Below, one piece after another: positions 10,801-19,561 of a stretch of 43,210 nt of DNA. Positions within the stretch are counted from its first letter, which is position 1. Each line of letters begins with the position of its first letter. This DNA comes from an archaeon (lineage in GTDB: Archaea; EX4484-52; B79-G9), in assembly GCA_043813875.1 (NCBI GenBank), contig JBDRKP010000014.1, positions 1 through 43,210 of the forward strand, written 5' to 3'. Made by a program: the position numbers and the translations under genes. The notes beneath the pieces are model-generated. The model was not told the origin of the DNA. It worked only from the letters and a program-made list of their open reading frames with translations, and made no database searches.

Positions 10801-11545
10801 GAATACGTCTGACGACAGTGCCGCAAGCTGCCAGTGTTATACAGGAAGAACCGACGCATGGGATCCTTCCGGCAAGGGCTGCTGCGATTCCACAGATTGC
10901 TGGGTATCAGGCGACAAGACATGGATATGCAACGGCGGCTCGACAATCGGCGGGACCCTGGGCACAGAATATTGTGATAGTATGAACGTCTGTGGAGAGA
11001 CACTATACTGGAACAGCTCTGCATGGTATAATCAGATGCCTGATGGCTGTTCATGTTTCGACAGCACGGATTGTGATTCTGGCCAATGCATAGCCGGTAT
11101 ATGCCTTGAGCCGCTGACACCCAACATCACAATTATTCCCCGAAGCGTAAGTGCTGAATTAGGTTCAAAGATCCGTGCTACAATCACCCTTAAGAGTAAT
11201 CTGCCAACAGAGGACACGATAAAGATAAACCTTTATACAGAGCCTGAAAAGATAATTCACTGGGTCACATTCGAGAACGGCGAAAACGAGATTTTAGTCC
11301 ATTTATACGCCCATGAAGAGAAAACAATCCCGATTGAAGTATTTGCAGGTGAACTCGGCACCTATAAGATGACGTTTTATGCAAATTCATTATTGATACC
11401 TACTCTCTATGGGCAAGGTAAACAAGACATAACTATAATCTCACAGGAAAAAGGCGTAAATTCAAACACGCCCGGACTCCATTGGCTGGGAATGATAATG
11501 ATATTATTGATAACATCATTGATATCCAAAAAGAAAAAAATCTAG
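7898..11545 (+). CDS. Large cysteine-rich repeat surface protein with TSP3-like motif and PGF-CTERM-like anchor
   Basis: Signal peptide; six ~66-aa 6-Cys repeats; DADDDGVQDSTDKCPNTP (thrombospondin type-3-like Ca motif); many NxS/T sequons; C-terminus NTPGL + TM + KKKKI. Start may be ATG 7907. Confidence 0.85.
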   Translation: MLIMSKSKLVLGFAAVLVILSMPLSLGLETQITGTGNKTFNLDISYNIQDNDIYVENTTLSQPAIIFNGNLEGINPLLPPKLSIFSFISGINNLNFTESVNYFELNITYDIKTGYSCSLDTECDSSSCNIDFTGPVDKYCAQNSGSCVHKVVSLPVTQYNDGDTFSSYKCSAGTWKVADGYTCTLDADCDSGNCKDDHTGGLKYCAQDATRCVHKVVSLPANQYADGGTDAGYKCSSGTWKTNDGYACTVGADCYSAYCRNDSLNILDRFCAASSTNCVRNTAGIPVTQFLDGISDGAGNRCDNGIWKKDDGYVCNQDSECDSGYCRDDHTGGVRYCAQDISACVHYKFGPPATQYTDGQNDGVYVCSSGIWKIRNGYACLVDSNCTSGDCHTDFTAPTDLYCAQSSSSCVHKVAALPANQYANGGTYSSYKCSSGTWKVDDGYPCAIGADCNSGFCRSDFNPGWYCAEDSSHCVHLVISLPANQYNFWTKVDGYRCKFGGSWGIQDADDDGVQDSTDKCPNTPAGCSVGPADDDINAATGCPNKPINPYDIKDNPASICVGSSLPVDPVKSVCLEQNIADNINVSFFLRNATGDYSANDPDDCSLEDGTFGWHDILDGRFYCEFRVDDNLKADTYGLVARYDIPSVPTFEDVFRPGFIISTLCSLNTPCKHGGHIKDQVALSGGTLSFDKPSTIEGTICIACVGATGTISNVNQYIAQCSDGSSSSTVNPGLLVWVYDPLNMGNYLGYSDNRFQDGTFNMTPKPRRNDVFASTSGYRWTSNLGWTGGASTNKVSDFHTFNTNGTYRAYLDYINNFCDSPDYICPNNGILCNVGSLITQGFVGLQSYDIKIIDPSVNLSENPASVTYFADPSATRVHSWSIKNDGIGKLKVSNIAVTCPPELSCSSSPTFDTTLDEDEELIIDTEFNLPCDYSTNTYLINLTFDAADGYDLACTAPSAQKVTTEIIMANTSDDSAASCQCYTGRTDAWDPSGKGCCDSTDCWVSGDKTWICNGGSTIGGTLGTEYCDSMNVCGETLYWNSSAWYNQMPDGCSCFDSTDCDSGQCIAGICLEPLTPNITIIPRSVSAELGSKIRATITLKSNLPTEDTIKINLYTEPEKIIHWVTFENGENEILVHLYAHEEKTIPIEVFAGELGTYKMTFYANSLLIPTLYGQGKQDITIISQEKGVNSNTPGLHWLGMIMILLITSLISKKKKI
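8231..9409 (+). repeat. Six tandem intragenic ~198-bp (~66 aa) Cys-rich repeats
   Basis: Consensus DGYxCxxDxDCxSGxCxxDxTxxxxYCAQxxxxCVHxxxxxPAxQYxDGxTxxxYxCSxGxWK repeated six times. Confidence 0.92.
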
Positions 11546-12909
11546 CGGTCCTTATATTCTATGAGTGTCTTCATAGCATTTACTGCCCTGTCCGGTGACG
11601 GGTATGCAGGTATTCCGTCTTTTTCAAGACTGCGCAGAAGCAGTTGTGTATATTCCCCGCCGGACGCAGAAACGATGATCGGTTTCTTCGACCGCTCGTT
11701 TGCGCTCGCAATCACGTCGACAATCTCCGGCCCGAGACTCGCCGTCTGTAGAAGCGTAACGATAATCAGCCCATCCACATTCTTGTCCTTCAGAACCGCA
11801 TTAATCGCAACCTCGTATCTCCTGACATCTGCATCGCCTATTAAGTCCAGGGGATTATGTATCGTAGAATATTCTGGAGGCATGACCGTTTTGATCTCAT
11901 CGACAGTCTCTTTAGAAAACTCAGCTATATGCATGTGATTCCTCTCGATGGAATCAGCGCACATGACTCCGAACCCGCCGCCATTAGTGATGACTGCGAT
12001 CATGTCACCCTTCGGAAGCGGCTGGTAAGCGAGCACTCTAGAATAATCGAACAGCTGTTCACTATTCTCTGCCTCCACCGCGCCGCCCTGCCTGATAGCG
12101 CCCCTGAAAACATCATAAGACCCCGCAAGGCTTCCGGTATGCGACTGCACCGCTCTGGTGCCGGATGCAGATTTGCCTGCTTTAAGTATCACGACCGGCT
12201 TTTTGGCAGTCACCTTCTTCAAAGTCTCAAGAAACATGCGCCCGTTCCTGACACCCTCCACATACATTGCGATTGCCTTTGTCTTGTTGTCATCCTTAAG
12301 ATAATTGAGGAGATCCAGTTCATCAATATCCGCCCGGTTTCCATAACTCACAAACCGCGATATCCCTATCTCCTCAGTAGCCGCCCAGTCAATAAGCGAT
12401 AGCGCAAACGCCCCGCTTTGCGATATGAACGCGATATTCCCCTCGCGCGGCCTCTTGAGCTTATAGTCTGGAAGAAACAGAGTGTCTATTCTCCCGAACG
12501 CATCAAAGATGCCGATACAGTTCGGCCCGACAACCCGCGTCTTGGAACCGCTGATGATGCTCTTTAGCTCCTCCTCGCGCGTTATGCCCGCGCCACCGGT
12601 CTCGCGATAGCCCGCAGTGATCATGATGACTGCCTCGATGCCTTTTTTCACGCACTCCTTGAGCGCCTCGTTCGAGAATTTCGGCGGCACCACGATGACC
12701 GCAGAATCAATCGGTCCATCCACATCAAGCACGCTCTTATAGCATTTCAGCCCGAGAATCTCATCCCCGCTTGGATTGATTGGAAATATATCGCCCTTGA
12801 AACCCATATCCAGATAGTTCTTCAGTATGACATGCCCGAACTTCTTAGGATTAGACGACGCGCCGATGATGGCAACCGACTTGGGAGCAAAAAACTTATG
12901 TATAGACAT
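11542..12909 (-). CDS. acdA: ADP-forming acetyl/acyl-CoA synthetase, alpha subunit
   Basis: PKSVAIIGAS, VVGPNCIG, SQSGA, phospho-His motif AVQSHTGSLAG, TNGGGFG, NPLDL. Confidence 0.93.
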   Translation of the reverse strand: MSIHKFFAPKSVAIIGASSNPKKFGHVILKNYLDMGFKGDIFPINPSGDEILGLKCYKSVLDVDGPIDSAVIVVPPKFSNEALKECVKKGIEAVIMITAGYRETGGAGITREEELKSIISGSKTRVVGPNCIGIFDAFGRIDTLFLPDYKLKRPREGNIAFISQSGAFALSLIDWAATEEIGISRFVSYGNRADIDELDLLNYLKDDNKTKAIAMYVEGVRNGRMFLETLKKVTAKKPVVILKAGKSASGTRAVQSHTGSLAGSYDVFRGAIRQGGAVEAENSEQLFDYSRVLAYQPLPKGDMIAVITNGGGFGVMCADSIERNHMHIAEFSKETVDEIKTVMPPEYSTIHNPLDLIGDADVRRYEVAINAVLKDKNVDGLIIVTLLQTASLGPEIVDVIASANERSKKPIIVSASGGEYTQLLLRSLEKDGIPAYPSPDRAVNAMKTLIEYKDR

Positions 12910-13057
12910 AACAATCAATATATTATTATGCGCCCGGGCATATATAGTTTATAGGATTTTTAGAAAAAGTAAGAATTTTAGGGCAGCTACACTGATATAT
13001 AATTTACCTATACTTTCGAATATGACATTCTATTTTCTATGTATTTACATTTTGCTC

Positions 13058-13513
13058 TTAATGGAGTTGCTCTATCGGCTTTAGATTTGTGGTCAAATAT
13101 GTTGTCGTGTCAACAAGGGGTAGTTCCTTACAAATACCTTTAATGGCTTTAGTTACGCGTTCTTCTTCACCCTGTAAGATGACAATCACTGGGCACTGAT
13201 CATTATATTTCTTGGGCTCTGTATTATGTTTTTCTAGATAATCATTTATCTTTCTCCATGTGTCTGCTTGTGTATCCGAAGTGCATGTTAAATCATATAT
13301 GCCTTCCCTCTTATATACTAACTTCTTTCTTGCAGAGTCTATAATAAAATCCTCAAAGTTATATGCTATTGATCCCTGAATTCCATACGTCTTTTTATAA
13401 TTCGCGCGGTTACAGTTAATATCGTCTGCATTTTTGCCTTCCAAAATAGCGACTAGAAAGAATATCTCCTGCTCATCAGAGTTTCCACCGTTATTATTCA
13501 TCGTATCACCCAT
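13058..13513 (-). CDS. Hypothetical protein (151 aa, AT-rich)
   Basis: ORF fills the intergenic gap; GGTGA SD-like element before an alternative ATG; no motif recognised. Confidence 0.6.
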   Translation of the reverse strand: MGDTMNNNGGNSDEQEIFFLVAILEGKNADDINCNRANYKKTYGIQGSIAYNFEDFIIDSARKKLVYKREGIYDLTCTSDTQADTWRKINDYLEKHNTEPKKYNDQCPVIVILQGEEERVTKAIKGICKELPLVDTTTYLTTNLKPIEQLH

Positions 13514-13656
13514 TAATTTTTTAAACGTTAATATCAGTTCTATGACGATATGACCACTTAATCATACTCATTTTTAAATATATCGTTTTTTGTTGGGTTG
13601 TTACGTTCTAAATATATCTCTAAAAACTCACGAATCAACACGCCTCTACATAATCA

Positions 13657-14085
13657 TTATTTTTGACTTCCCAAAACCTGCACAACAACCTCCCTTTCCC
13701 TAGCCCGCGTATCAAAATCCAAAAGACATATCTGCTGCCATGTCCCAAGAATCAGCTTTTTGTCAGAAAACGGCACCGTAAAACTCGTCCCGACAACCGT
13801 AGACCGCACATGCGCCGCCCCGTTATCGCACCCCCATCTCTTGTGGTGCTCATAATCGGCGTCATAAGGCGCGATTTTATCAAGCGCACGCGGCACATCC
13901 TTCTTAAGCCCCGGCTCAAACTCGATCGTAGAAATCGCCGCAGTAGACCCGGCGACAAACACAACCGCAATCCCTGCATTGATTTTAGACGAAGCGACCG
14001 CCCGAGCCACATCAGCAGTGACATCGACAACATCCGAATTACCAGAAGTACAGACACTAAACGTCTTTGTCACGACCGGCATCAT
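13657..14085 (-). CDS. yjbQ: YjbQ / UPF0047 family protein
   Basis: GSTAAISTIEFEPGL, YEHH...DNGAAHVRS, LGTWQQI..DFD.R.R motifs; start moved to MMPVVTK at 14085. Confidence 0.92.
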   Translation of the reverse strand: MMPVVTKTFSVCTSGNSDVVDVTADVARAVASSKINAGIAVVFVAGSTAAISTIEFEPGLKKDVPRALDKIAPYDADYEHHKRWGCDNGAAHVRSTVVGTSFTVPFSDKKLILGTWQQICLLDFDTRAREREVVVQVLGSQK

Positions 14086-14842
14086 ACCACCACGCAGTAA
14101 GCTTCCCCGTATTCCAGTCACGGATAACCTGCCGCGCCGCCCTCTCGACATCAAACCCTCCCTTCAGGAGGTAATTGCGCTTCAATGCAAGAGCCGAAAG
14201 AAACTCATCCACATCATCAAGCGGCACCTTATAAAACTCCTCAATATTCGTCCCTTCTGCATCATCCTTAATCTTCACAAGTAACTGCGCCGCCGCAACC
14301 TCGGCCACCTTAAGCTTCTCAGGCCTGACAGAACCAGTGAACACACTGAACTTCTCATCAGACGGCACCACCCCTGGCGTATCAAGCAGTTTCGTCTCCT
14401 TCGAAAGCCTGATCCACTGCGCATGCTTCGTATAACCCGGCACAGACGACGTCTTTGCCCCTGACGTATGGGCAAGCATATTGATGATTGACGACTTGCC
14501 GCAATTCGGATACCCGACGACACACACGAGCTTCGGGTTATACTTCTTTATAGCACCCTTGAGGAATCCCGTTCCCTTCCTGTCCTTAGTAGAAACAGAA
14601 ACAATCTCGTGCTCTTTCTTAAGCTCCGCCCTGATCTTCTTCTCAAAATCAGCCGACACAAGATCAGTCTTATTGATGACAATGATCAGTTTCTTCCCCA
14701 TTTTTTCAACAAGCTCTTCAAGCTTAAGAGACCGCGTTTCCCGCGCGACACGCGCATCAATGACCTCAAGCACCATGTCGCTTTCCTTAATCGATACGAT
14801 AACTAAATCCCATTGGCCCATAATAAGTAATTGGCTTTGCAT
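14057..14842 (-). CDS. Circularly permuted YlqF/RbgA-family ribosome biogenesis GTPase
   Basis: DAR, G4 NKTD before G1 GYPNCGKS, G2 PGYT, G3 DTPG; C-terminal AARQVIRDWNTGKL. Confidence 0.92.
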   Translation of the reverse strand: MQSQLLIMGQWDLVIVSIKESDMVLEVIDARVARETRSLKLEELVEKMGKKLIIVINKTDLVSADFEKKIRAELKKEHEIVSVSTKDRKGTGFLKGAIKKYNPKLVCVVGYPNCGKSSIINMLAHTSGAKTSSVPGYTKHAQWIRLSKETKLLDTPGVVPSDEKFSVFTGSVRPEKLKVAEVAAAQLLVKIKDDAEGTNIEEFYKVPLDDVDEFLSALALKRNYLLKGGFDVERAARQVIRDWNTGKLTAWWYDAGRDKDV

Positions 14843-14843
14843 T

Positions 14844-15479
14844 TTAAAAATTCATGTCTCTAATAAGCTTTTTGATATACAAAGAACCCTTCGTTAGAAC
14901 AGGCTCCCCGTGCCCCGGAAGAATGATATCGACATCAAGCAGAGATATCTTGCGTAGAGAAGAAACAAGCGCCATCTGATTCCCGCCGGGCAGATCCGTC
15001 CTTCCCACGCCGCCGTGAGCAAAAACCGTATCCCCTGTAATCAGGATTTTTCTATTCTTATCATAAAGGCAGATCCCTCCGGGCGTATGTCCCGGCGTAT
15101 GCACAACAACAAAATCAGTGCCAGAAATAGCCTGCCCGTCAGAAAGAACCGCATCAACCTTGACCTGAGGAATCCCCTTTCCAAAAAGCCCCGCGCACGT
15201 ATACGAGCCGTCAGCAGACGAAATAAAAGGCGCATCATCCTCATGCGCCGCCAGCCGCGCCCCGAACTCCTTCTTGAGCAGCTCATTAGCCCCCACATGA
15301 TCATAATGGCAATGCGTATTGACAATCAGGTCAAGCCCTTCTTTTACGAACCCCTTGACCCGCGAAAAATTCTCCTCAGTCCCCGTATCCACAAGAACAT
15401 TTATCTTGCCAGAAACCAGGTAGCAATTGGAATTATAGCTGACCCCTTCAATCATCAGAATGCCATCGGCAATATTCAT
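14844..15479 (-). CDS. MBL-fold metallo-hydrolase (glyoxalase II-like)
   Basis: THCHYDHVG (HxHxDH), HTPGHTPG, TGDT, GRTDLPGG, PGHG. Confidence 0.93.
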   Translation of the reverse strand: MNIADGILMIEGVSYNSNCYLVSGKINVLVDTGTEENFSRVKGFVKEGLDLIVNTHCHYDHVGANELLKKEFGARLAAHEDDAPFISSADGSYTCAGLFGKGIPQVKVDAVLSDGQAISGTDFVVVHTPGHTPGGICLYDKNRKILITGDTVFAHGGVGRTDLPGGNQMALVSSLRKISLLDVDIILPGHGEPVLTKGSLYIKKLIRDMNF

Positions 15480-15503
15480 ATGATTGATTGCACAGAAAGA
15501 TAT

Positions 15504-16220
15504 TTATTTCAACATCCCTGCAACCGCCTTCACCGGCTCAGGCATCATATCGGGACTGACATGCGGCCCAATCCCGCCGGACATATCCGTCCATACATTT
15601 GTGATGGCATACATGATTACTGTAACAATAAGTCCTATCATCATTGTTGCGACCCTTATAGGCACAATAGCAAGAATCGATCGGAATAACGTGATCTTAT
15701 GCACATACTCCGAAGCGACAATGATGACATAGAAAGCGTAGAACAGAATGAATATATTGACGATCGGCACCCACGTCACAACATAGAACGCCGATGCATA
15801 CGCCATGATCCTGAAAGTCGCCTCATAATCCCTCTTCCCTCCCACAATCTTGAGTGCGGCATGATATATCACGGCTGATACGAATATGCTGGCAGCGCCA
15901 AGAATCATGACTGCCAAGAACCACAGGGCCATAAAGCTAAAAGAACTCAAAAGCAGCTCAAGCGGTATCAGCATCCAGATGATTGTGACTATATCCGACC
16001 CTAGTATTTGCAGTACCTGCTCGATGAACTTTAATTTCAGAGAACTCATTGTAAGCAGAAGAAAAGCGACAAGAGAAAGAATCGACCCGACAAAAATATT
16101 GACAAGCGCAAACTTCATGGGCTCTTGATACCCTCCGGTCGTCGGCATCTTCAAAAAGAACTCCTTCGGCTGAAATATGACCTCTTTTGCCGTCTTATAC
16201 CAATAGCTGATTAATTTCAC
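15504..16220 (-). CDS. YIP1-family membrane protein (paralog 1)
   Basis: EVIFQPKEFF..M N-terminus, multiple TM helices, GGKRDYEATFRIMAYAS motif. Confidence 0.8.
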   Translation of the reverse strand: MKLISYWYKTAKEVIFQPKEFFLKMPTTGGYQEPMKFALVNIFVGSILSLVAFLLLTMSSLKLKFIEQVLQILGSDIVTIIWMLIPLELLLSSFSFMALWFLAVMILGAASIFVSAVIYHAALKIVGGKRDYEATFRIMAYASAFYVVTWVPIVNIFILFYAFYVIIVASEYVHKITLFRSILAIVPIRVATMMIGLIVTVIMYAITNVWTDMSGGIGPHVSPDMMPEPVKAVAGMLK

Positions 16221-16254
16221 GCTCTCACGATATGAATTAGAAGATAAACCATCC

Positions 16255-16932
16255 TCACTTTAGCATCCCGGAAATAGCCTTCGCCTGCATTGGCAGATTC
16301 ATTCTTTCAAGATCCGATGCTGTCTGGAACATAATATCATTTTGTGCTCCAATTGTAGCCAAAAGCAAAACCATCGCCGCAACAACAAGCACGATTGCGA
16401 TAATGATCGGTATCAGGACCGCAATTCCCGCTCGCATCATCGTGATTTCATGCACTTTGCTGAAACCCCTGATAATCAGATAAATAACATAAAGTGATAT
16501 GAAAAACGCGATTCCTTGCAGAGCAGGAATCTCTGCCGAAGATATGGCTGTAAGTATATTAAAGACAGACACATACGCAAGCACTCTGTACGTCGCCTCA
16601 AAATCCTTCTTGGCGCCAGTGAGTTTCAGGAAAAGATGATATATTGCAGCTACAATAAAAATTCCGATGCTTCCGACAATCAAAGTCGTAATGACTGCTC
16701 CTGCCATAAATCCGAGAATAGCCAAGTCAGATGTAAGAAGGATCATTTTAATATCCGCGCTAGGAAAAGCAAGCATAGCTCCTGCTGACAACACCGCTGC
16801 AATGAATATATTTATAAGCGCAAACCTGAACGGCTCACCAAGCCCTCCAGTAGTCGGCATCTTAGAAAAGAACTCCTTAGGATGGAATAGAACCTCTCTA
16901 GCCGTCTTGTACCAGTTATCAATCAATTCCAT
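16255..16932 (-). CDS. YIP1-family membrane protein (paralog 2)
   Basis: EVLFHPKEFFSKMPTTGG, GAKKDFEATYRVLAY; clear paralog of the adjacent gene. Confidence 0.8.
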   Translation of the reverse strand: MELIDNWYKTAREVLFHPKEFFSKMPTTGGLGEPFRFALINIFIAAVLSAGAMLAFPSADIKMILLTSDLAILGFMAGAVITTLIVGSIGIFIVAAIYHLFLKLTGAKKDFEATYRVLAYVSVFNILTAISSAEIPALQGIAFFISLYVIYLIIRGFSKVHEITMMRAGIAVLIPIIIAIVLVVAAMVLLLATIGAQNDIMFQTASDLERMNLPMQAKAISGMLK

Positions 16933-17031
16933 AAAATCACAATTAATTATAGGTCATTTCCGTTTATATATCTGCGCAGCCCAACATCCAAATCCGTAAC
17001 TATTAAAAACTAATCCTCATCTAATAGTAAT

Positions 17032-17095
17032 GGGCGATGATTATGCCGTCCCAATATGAGAGAGATTGATGATTATTGGAGTAGCTGATGAGCCC
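17032..17095 (+). ncRNA. Candidate box C/D-like (K-turn) small RNA
   Basis: GGGC/GCCC terminal stem; C-like GCGATGA 17034-40, D'-like ATGA 17056-59, C' TTGATGA 17066-72, D CTGA 17085-88; 15- and 12-nt spacers; TATTAAAA at 17001-08. Confidence 0.6.
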
Positions 17096-17118
17096 TCTAT
17101 TCAGTCAGCGCATTTAAG

Positions 17119-18174
17119 TCAAAGCGGATCCTTCTCGACATCAAACGAATCCGAAGTAGGAAAAACCTTGACGATAGCGCACTTATACCCAAGCTTCCTC
17201 GCCAGCCGCGCATTCTTCACAGAGACATCAACCCTCTTCTTCTCCTTATCAACATAAATCTCCGAATCCTTCAGCCTCAATCGGGCCGCCAGATCCTTCC
17301 TTGCAGCATCAATATCATCCGCCTCGACAATCCCCTTCTCGATAAGGCAATGATCAACAATCCTCTCAAAACCCTTCAGGATATTCTTCGCCCGCATCTT
17401 CAACCTGTTCTCATACTGATAGATATTCTTCACACTGGACGTGCAAAGATGGACACTTAAATTCTCGGTATTCCTGGCCGCAAACTCAAGCAGCCGAACC
17501 CCGAGCTCCCGGCTCCCGTTGACCGTATTGAAAATATCCTCATTAGACTCATGGCCAAGATCCGTCATCTCATCAAACGTCAGCTCCGACATCTCAAGCT
17601 CATTAAGATTCAGGAACTTCACCCCTGCCTTCTCAAGATAAAGGATCATCTCCTGCAATTCCTTCTCCTTTCCCGGAACAACAGGCACTTCCACCCCGGC
17701 ATCGAACTTATATCCAAGACACTTGTCGATCAGCCCATAATCCTTGCGAAGATGCAGCCGGATTTCATCAAGCCCTGCAGCCGCGAGCTCCTTGAGCCTC
17801 TCATCGCTCAAAAGATCACCCGACGTATAAAGATGTATATGGAACCTGCGACCGAACACCTTCTTGAGCAATCGTATATATCCGATCGTCCTCTCAAATC
17901 GGGCCAGCGGATCACCGCCCGTGATGCCTGCCCCCTTGGCAGAACACAATCTCGCCTCACGCACAACATCATCATCCTTCAGCACAAGCGCCTCATTAGC
18001 CCACGTCTTATCCACATTCTTCCTCTTCAAAGAAAGCGGGCAATAATAGCATGAATGAGGACAGATCCCAGTAACAAAAAGAACAAGCTTTTGCCCCTTG
18101 ATGCACTGCACACAGCCGTGCGGGAGCGCGCCCACATACAAAGACTTCGCATAACTCGTTTTGATTTCACGCAT
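17119..18174 (-). CDS. Archaeal radical SAM protein (PFL-activase-related, COG2108-like)
   Basis: GCVQCIKGQKLVLFVTGICPHSCYYCPLS (CxxxCxxC), ANE, GAGITGGDPL, HIHLYT, GLDEIRLH, FLNLNELE. Confidence 0.9.
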   Translation of the reverse strand: MREIKTSYAKSLYVGALPHGCVQCIKGQKLVLFVTGICPHSCYYCPLSLKRKNVDKTWANEALVLKDDDVVREARLCSAKGAGITGGDPLARFERTIGYIRLLKKVFGRRFHIHLYTSGDLLSDERLKELAAAGLDEIRLHLRKDYGLIDKCLGYKFDAGVEVPVVPGKEKELQEMILYLEKAGVKFLNLNELEMSELTFDEMTDLGHESNEDIFNTVNGSRELGVRLLEFAARNTENLSVHLCTSSVKNIYQYENRLKMRAKNILKGFERIVDHCLIEKGIVEADDIDAARKDLAARLRLKDSEIYVDKEKKRVDVSVKNARLARKLGYKCAIVKVFPTSDSFDVEKDPL

Positions 18175-18270
18175 AAATAATCATTCCTGATAAGCTTGAT
18201 AAATCTTTTCACAGCAGGAAATAGGTTATTTAAATCCCCGAAAACAAATGTTCATACAACCTGTGATGCT

Positions 18271-19185
18271 ATGCTCTCATTAATCATCTTCATAATTTGC
18301 CTTGCAGTACTCATCTACACCGCAAAACTCGTCACAGATAGTGCATCCCACTTCGCGCGCGTCTTCGGAGCATCCGAATTCATCGTCGGCGCGACAGTCG
18401 TAGCACTCGGCACATCCCTCCCAGAATTATCCTCGTCCCTCGCAGCCATGTCGTCTGGTCTCACCGAGATTGTAATCGGCAACGTTGTCGGGTCAAACAT
18501 CGCAAACATCGCCCTGATACTCGGTCTCACCGGGATATTCTATGTCCTGAAGACCGAACGGGACATACTCAAGACCGATGTCCCATTCTTCATAGGATCA
18601 GCAATAATAACCCTCATAGTCTTATTGGATTTCAAAGTGACATTCAGCGAGGGAATTATCCTGATCGTGGTCTATTTTAGTTATCTTGCAAACTCGATGA
18701 TTACGCACAAAGAGCACAACGGGCATAAGAAGATAAAACTGGAATATATTCAGATTGTCTGGTTTCTCTTGGGCTTGGCCGGTCTGATTTACAGCGCCAA
18801 GTATCTAATAATCTCATCAGTCGACATGATGTCTTCACTTGGCATAAGCGAAGCGATCATCGGTTTTATCTTGATAGCCGTCGGAACATCCCTGCCCGAG
18901 CTTTCGACATCCATTGTCGCAGCAAGGAAGGGTAAAATAGACATGGTGCTGGGGAATATTATCGGCTCTAACATCTTCAATTCCCTGGTCGTCCTCGGCG
19001 CAAGCGCCTTGGTAGCAGACGTCAAAGCAGGCAGCCAGTTCATATACTCCGTTGCTCCTGCGATGGTATTCCTGACCATCCTGTTATCTTACATGATCCG
19101 TGACAGAAAAATAACCAGATTTGAAAGCGGATTACTGCTCATGCTCTACCTGATAATAATAGTGCGCACAATATCTGTCACATAA
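18271..19185 (+). CDS. Calcium/sodium (cation) antiporter, YrbG family
   Basis: Two alpha repeats GTSLPEL and GNVVGSNIANI / GNIIGSNIFN; about 10 TM helices; ATG 18271 preferred. Confidence 0.95.
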   Translation: MLSLIIFIICLAVLIYTAKLVTDSASHFARVFGASEFIVGATVVALGTSLPELSSSLAAMSSGLTEIVIGNVVGSNIANIALILGLTGIFYVLKTERDILKTDVPFFIGSAIITLIVLLDFKVTFSEGIILIVVYFSYLANSMITHKEHNGHKKIKLEYIQIVWFLLGLAGLIYSAKYLIISSVDMMSSLGISEAIIGFILIAVGTSLPELSTSIVAARKGKIDMVLGNIIGSNIFNSLVVLGASALVADVKAGSQFIYSVAPAMVFLTILLSYMIRDRKITRFESGLLLMLYLIIIVRTISVT

Positions 19186-19207
19186 ATAAGAATTAGCAGA
19201 AAAAAAT

Positions 19208-19353
19208 GAAACTTGGACCCGGACAGGTGGAAACCAAATACATTTTAATTTAGGATTTGCTCCTCAAGCATTGTTTTACCCATCCGGGACTTCTGGATAC
19301 TCTCTCTAAATGGGGTCCGGATTAACTCTTCATCCCCCAATAAACCAAGTTTC
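19208..19353 (-). ncRNA. Candidate structured RNA / leader divergent from the Lrp gene
   Basis: 9-bp closing stem GAAACTTGG/CCAAGTTTC, internal 10-bp stem CCCGGATGGG/CCTGTCCGGG on the minus strand, followed by a T-run; TATA-like element near 19404-19412. Confidence 0.35.
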
Positions 19354-19451
19354 TCTGGTCTATTGTTTTCATTATGAGATTGTTATTGACTATTTGCCGG
19401 ACATTATATAAATACTTATTGCATAGTTAAACTAGATTTTTTGTATTAATG

Positions 19452-19469
19452 TAACCTTTTTTAAGGTTA
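19452..19469. promoter_or_regulatory. Palindrome TAACCTT-N4-AAGGTTA in the AT-rich region upstream of Lrp; candidate operator
   Basis: Perfect 7-bp inverted repeat about 95 bp upstream of the Lrp start. Confidence 0.35.
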
Positions 19470-19561
19470 GAATTAGATTAAATACATAATTAATCGTAAA
19501 TTATTTAATTTTGATGTAACAATAAAGTAATATCAGATTATTGCATACCCTTTATGGACTG

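Noticed and set aside
17032..17100. Fluoride riboswitch or hammerhead ribozyme (GGCGATG...CTGATGA)
   Set aside because: The crcB pseudoknot pairing is absent, there is no downstream + strand gene, and no GAAA follows CTGATGA; the C/D-box reading fits better.
19221..19362. ORB elements (CAGGTGGAAAC; CCAGAGAAAC...GGGGG on the minus strand)
   Set aside because: Spacing differs from the TCCAGTGGAAAC consensus in both cases and no orc1/cdc6 is adjacent; too weak to call an origin.
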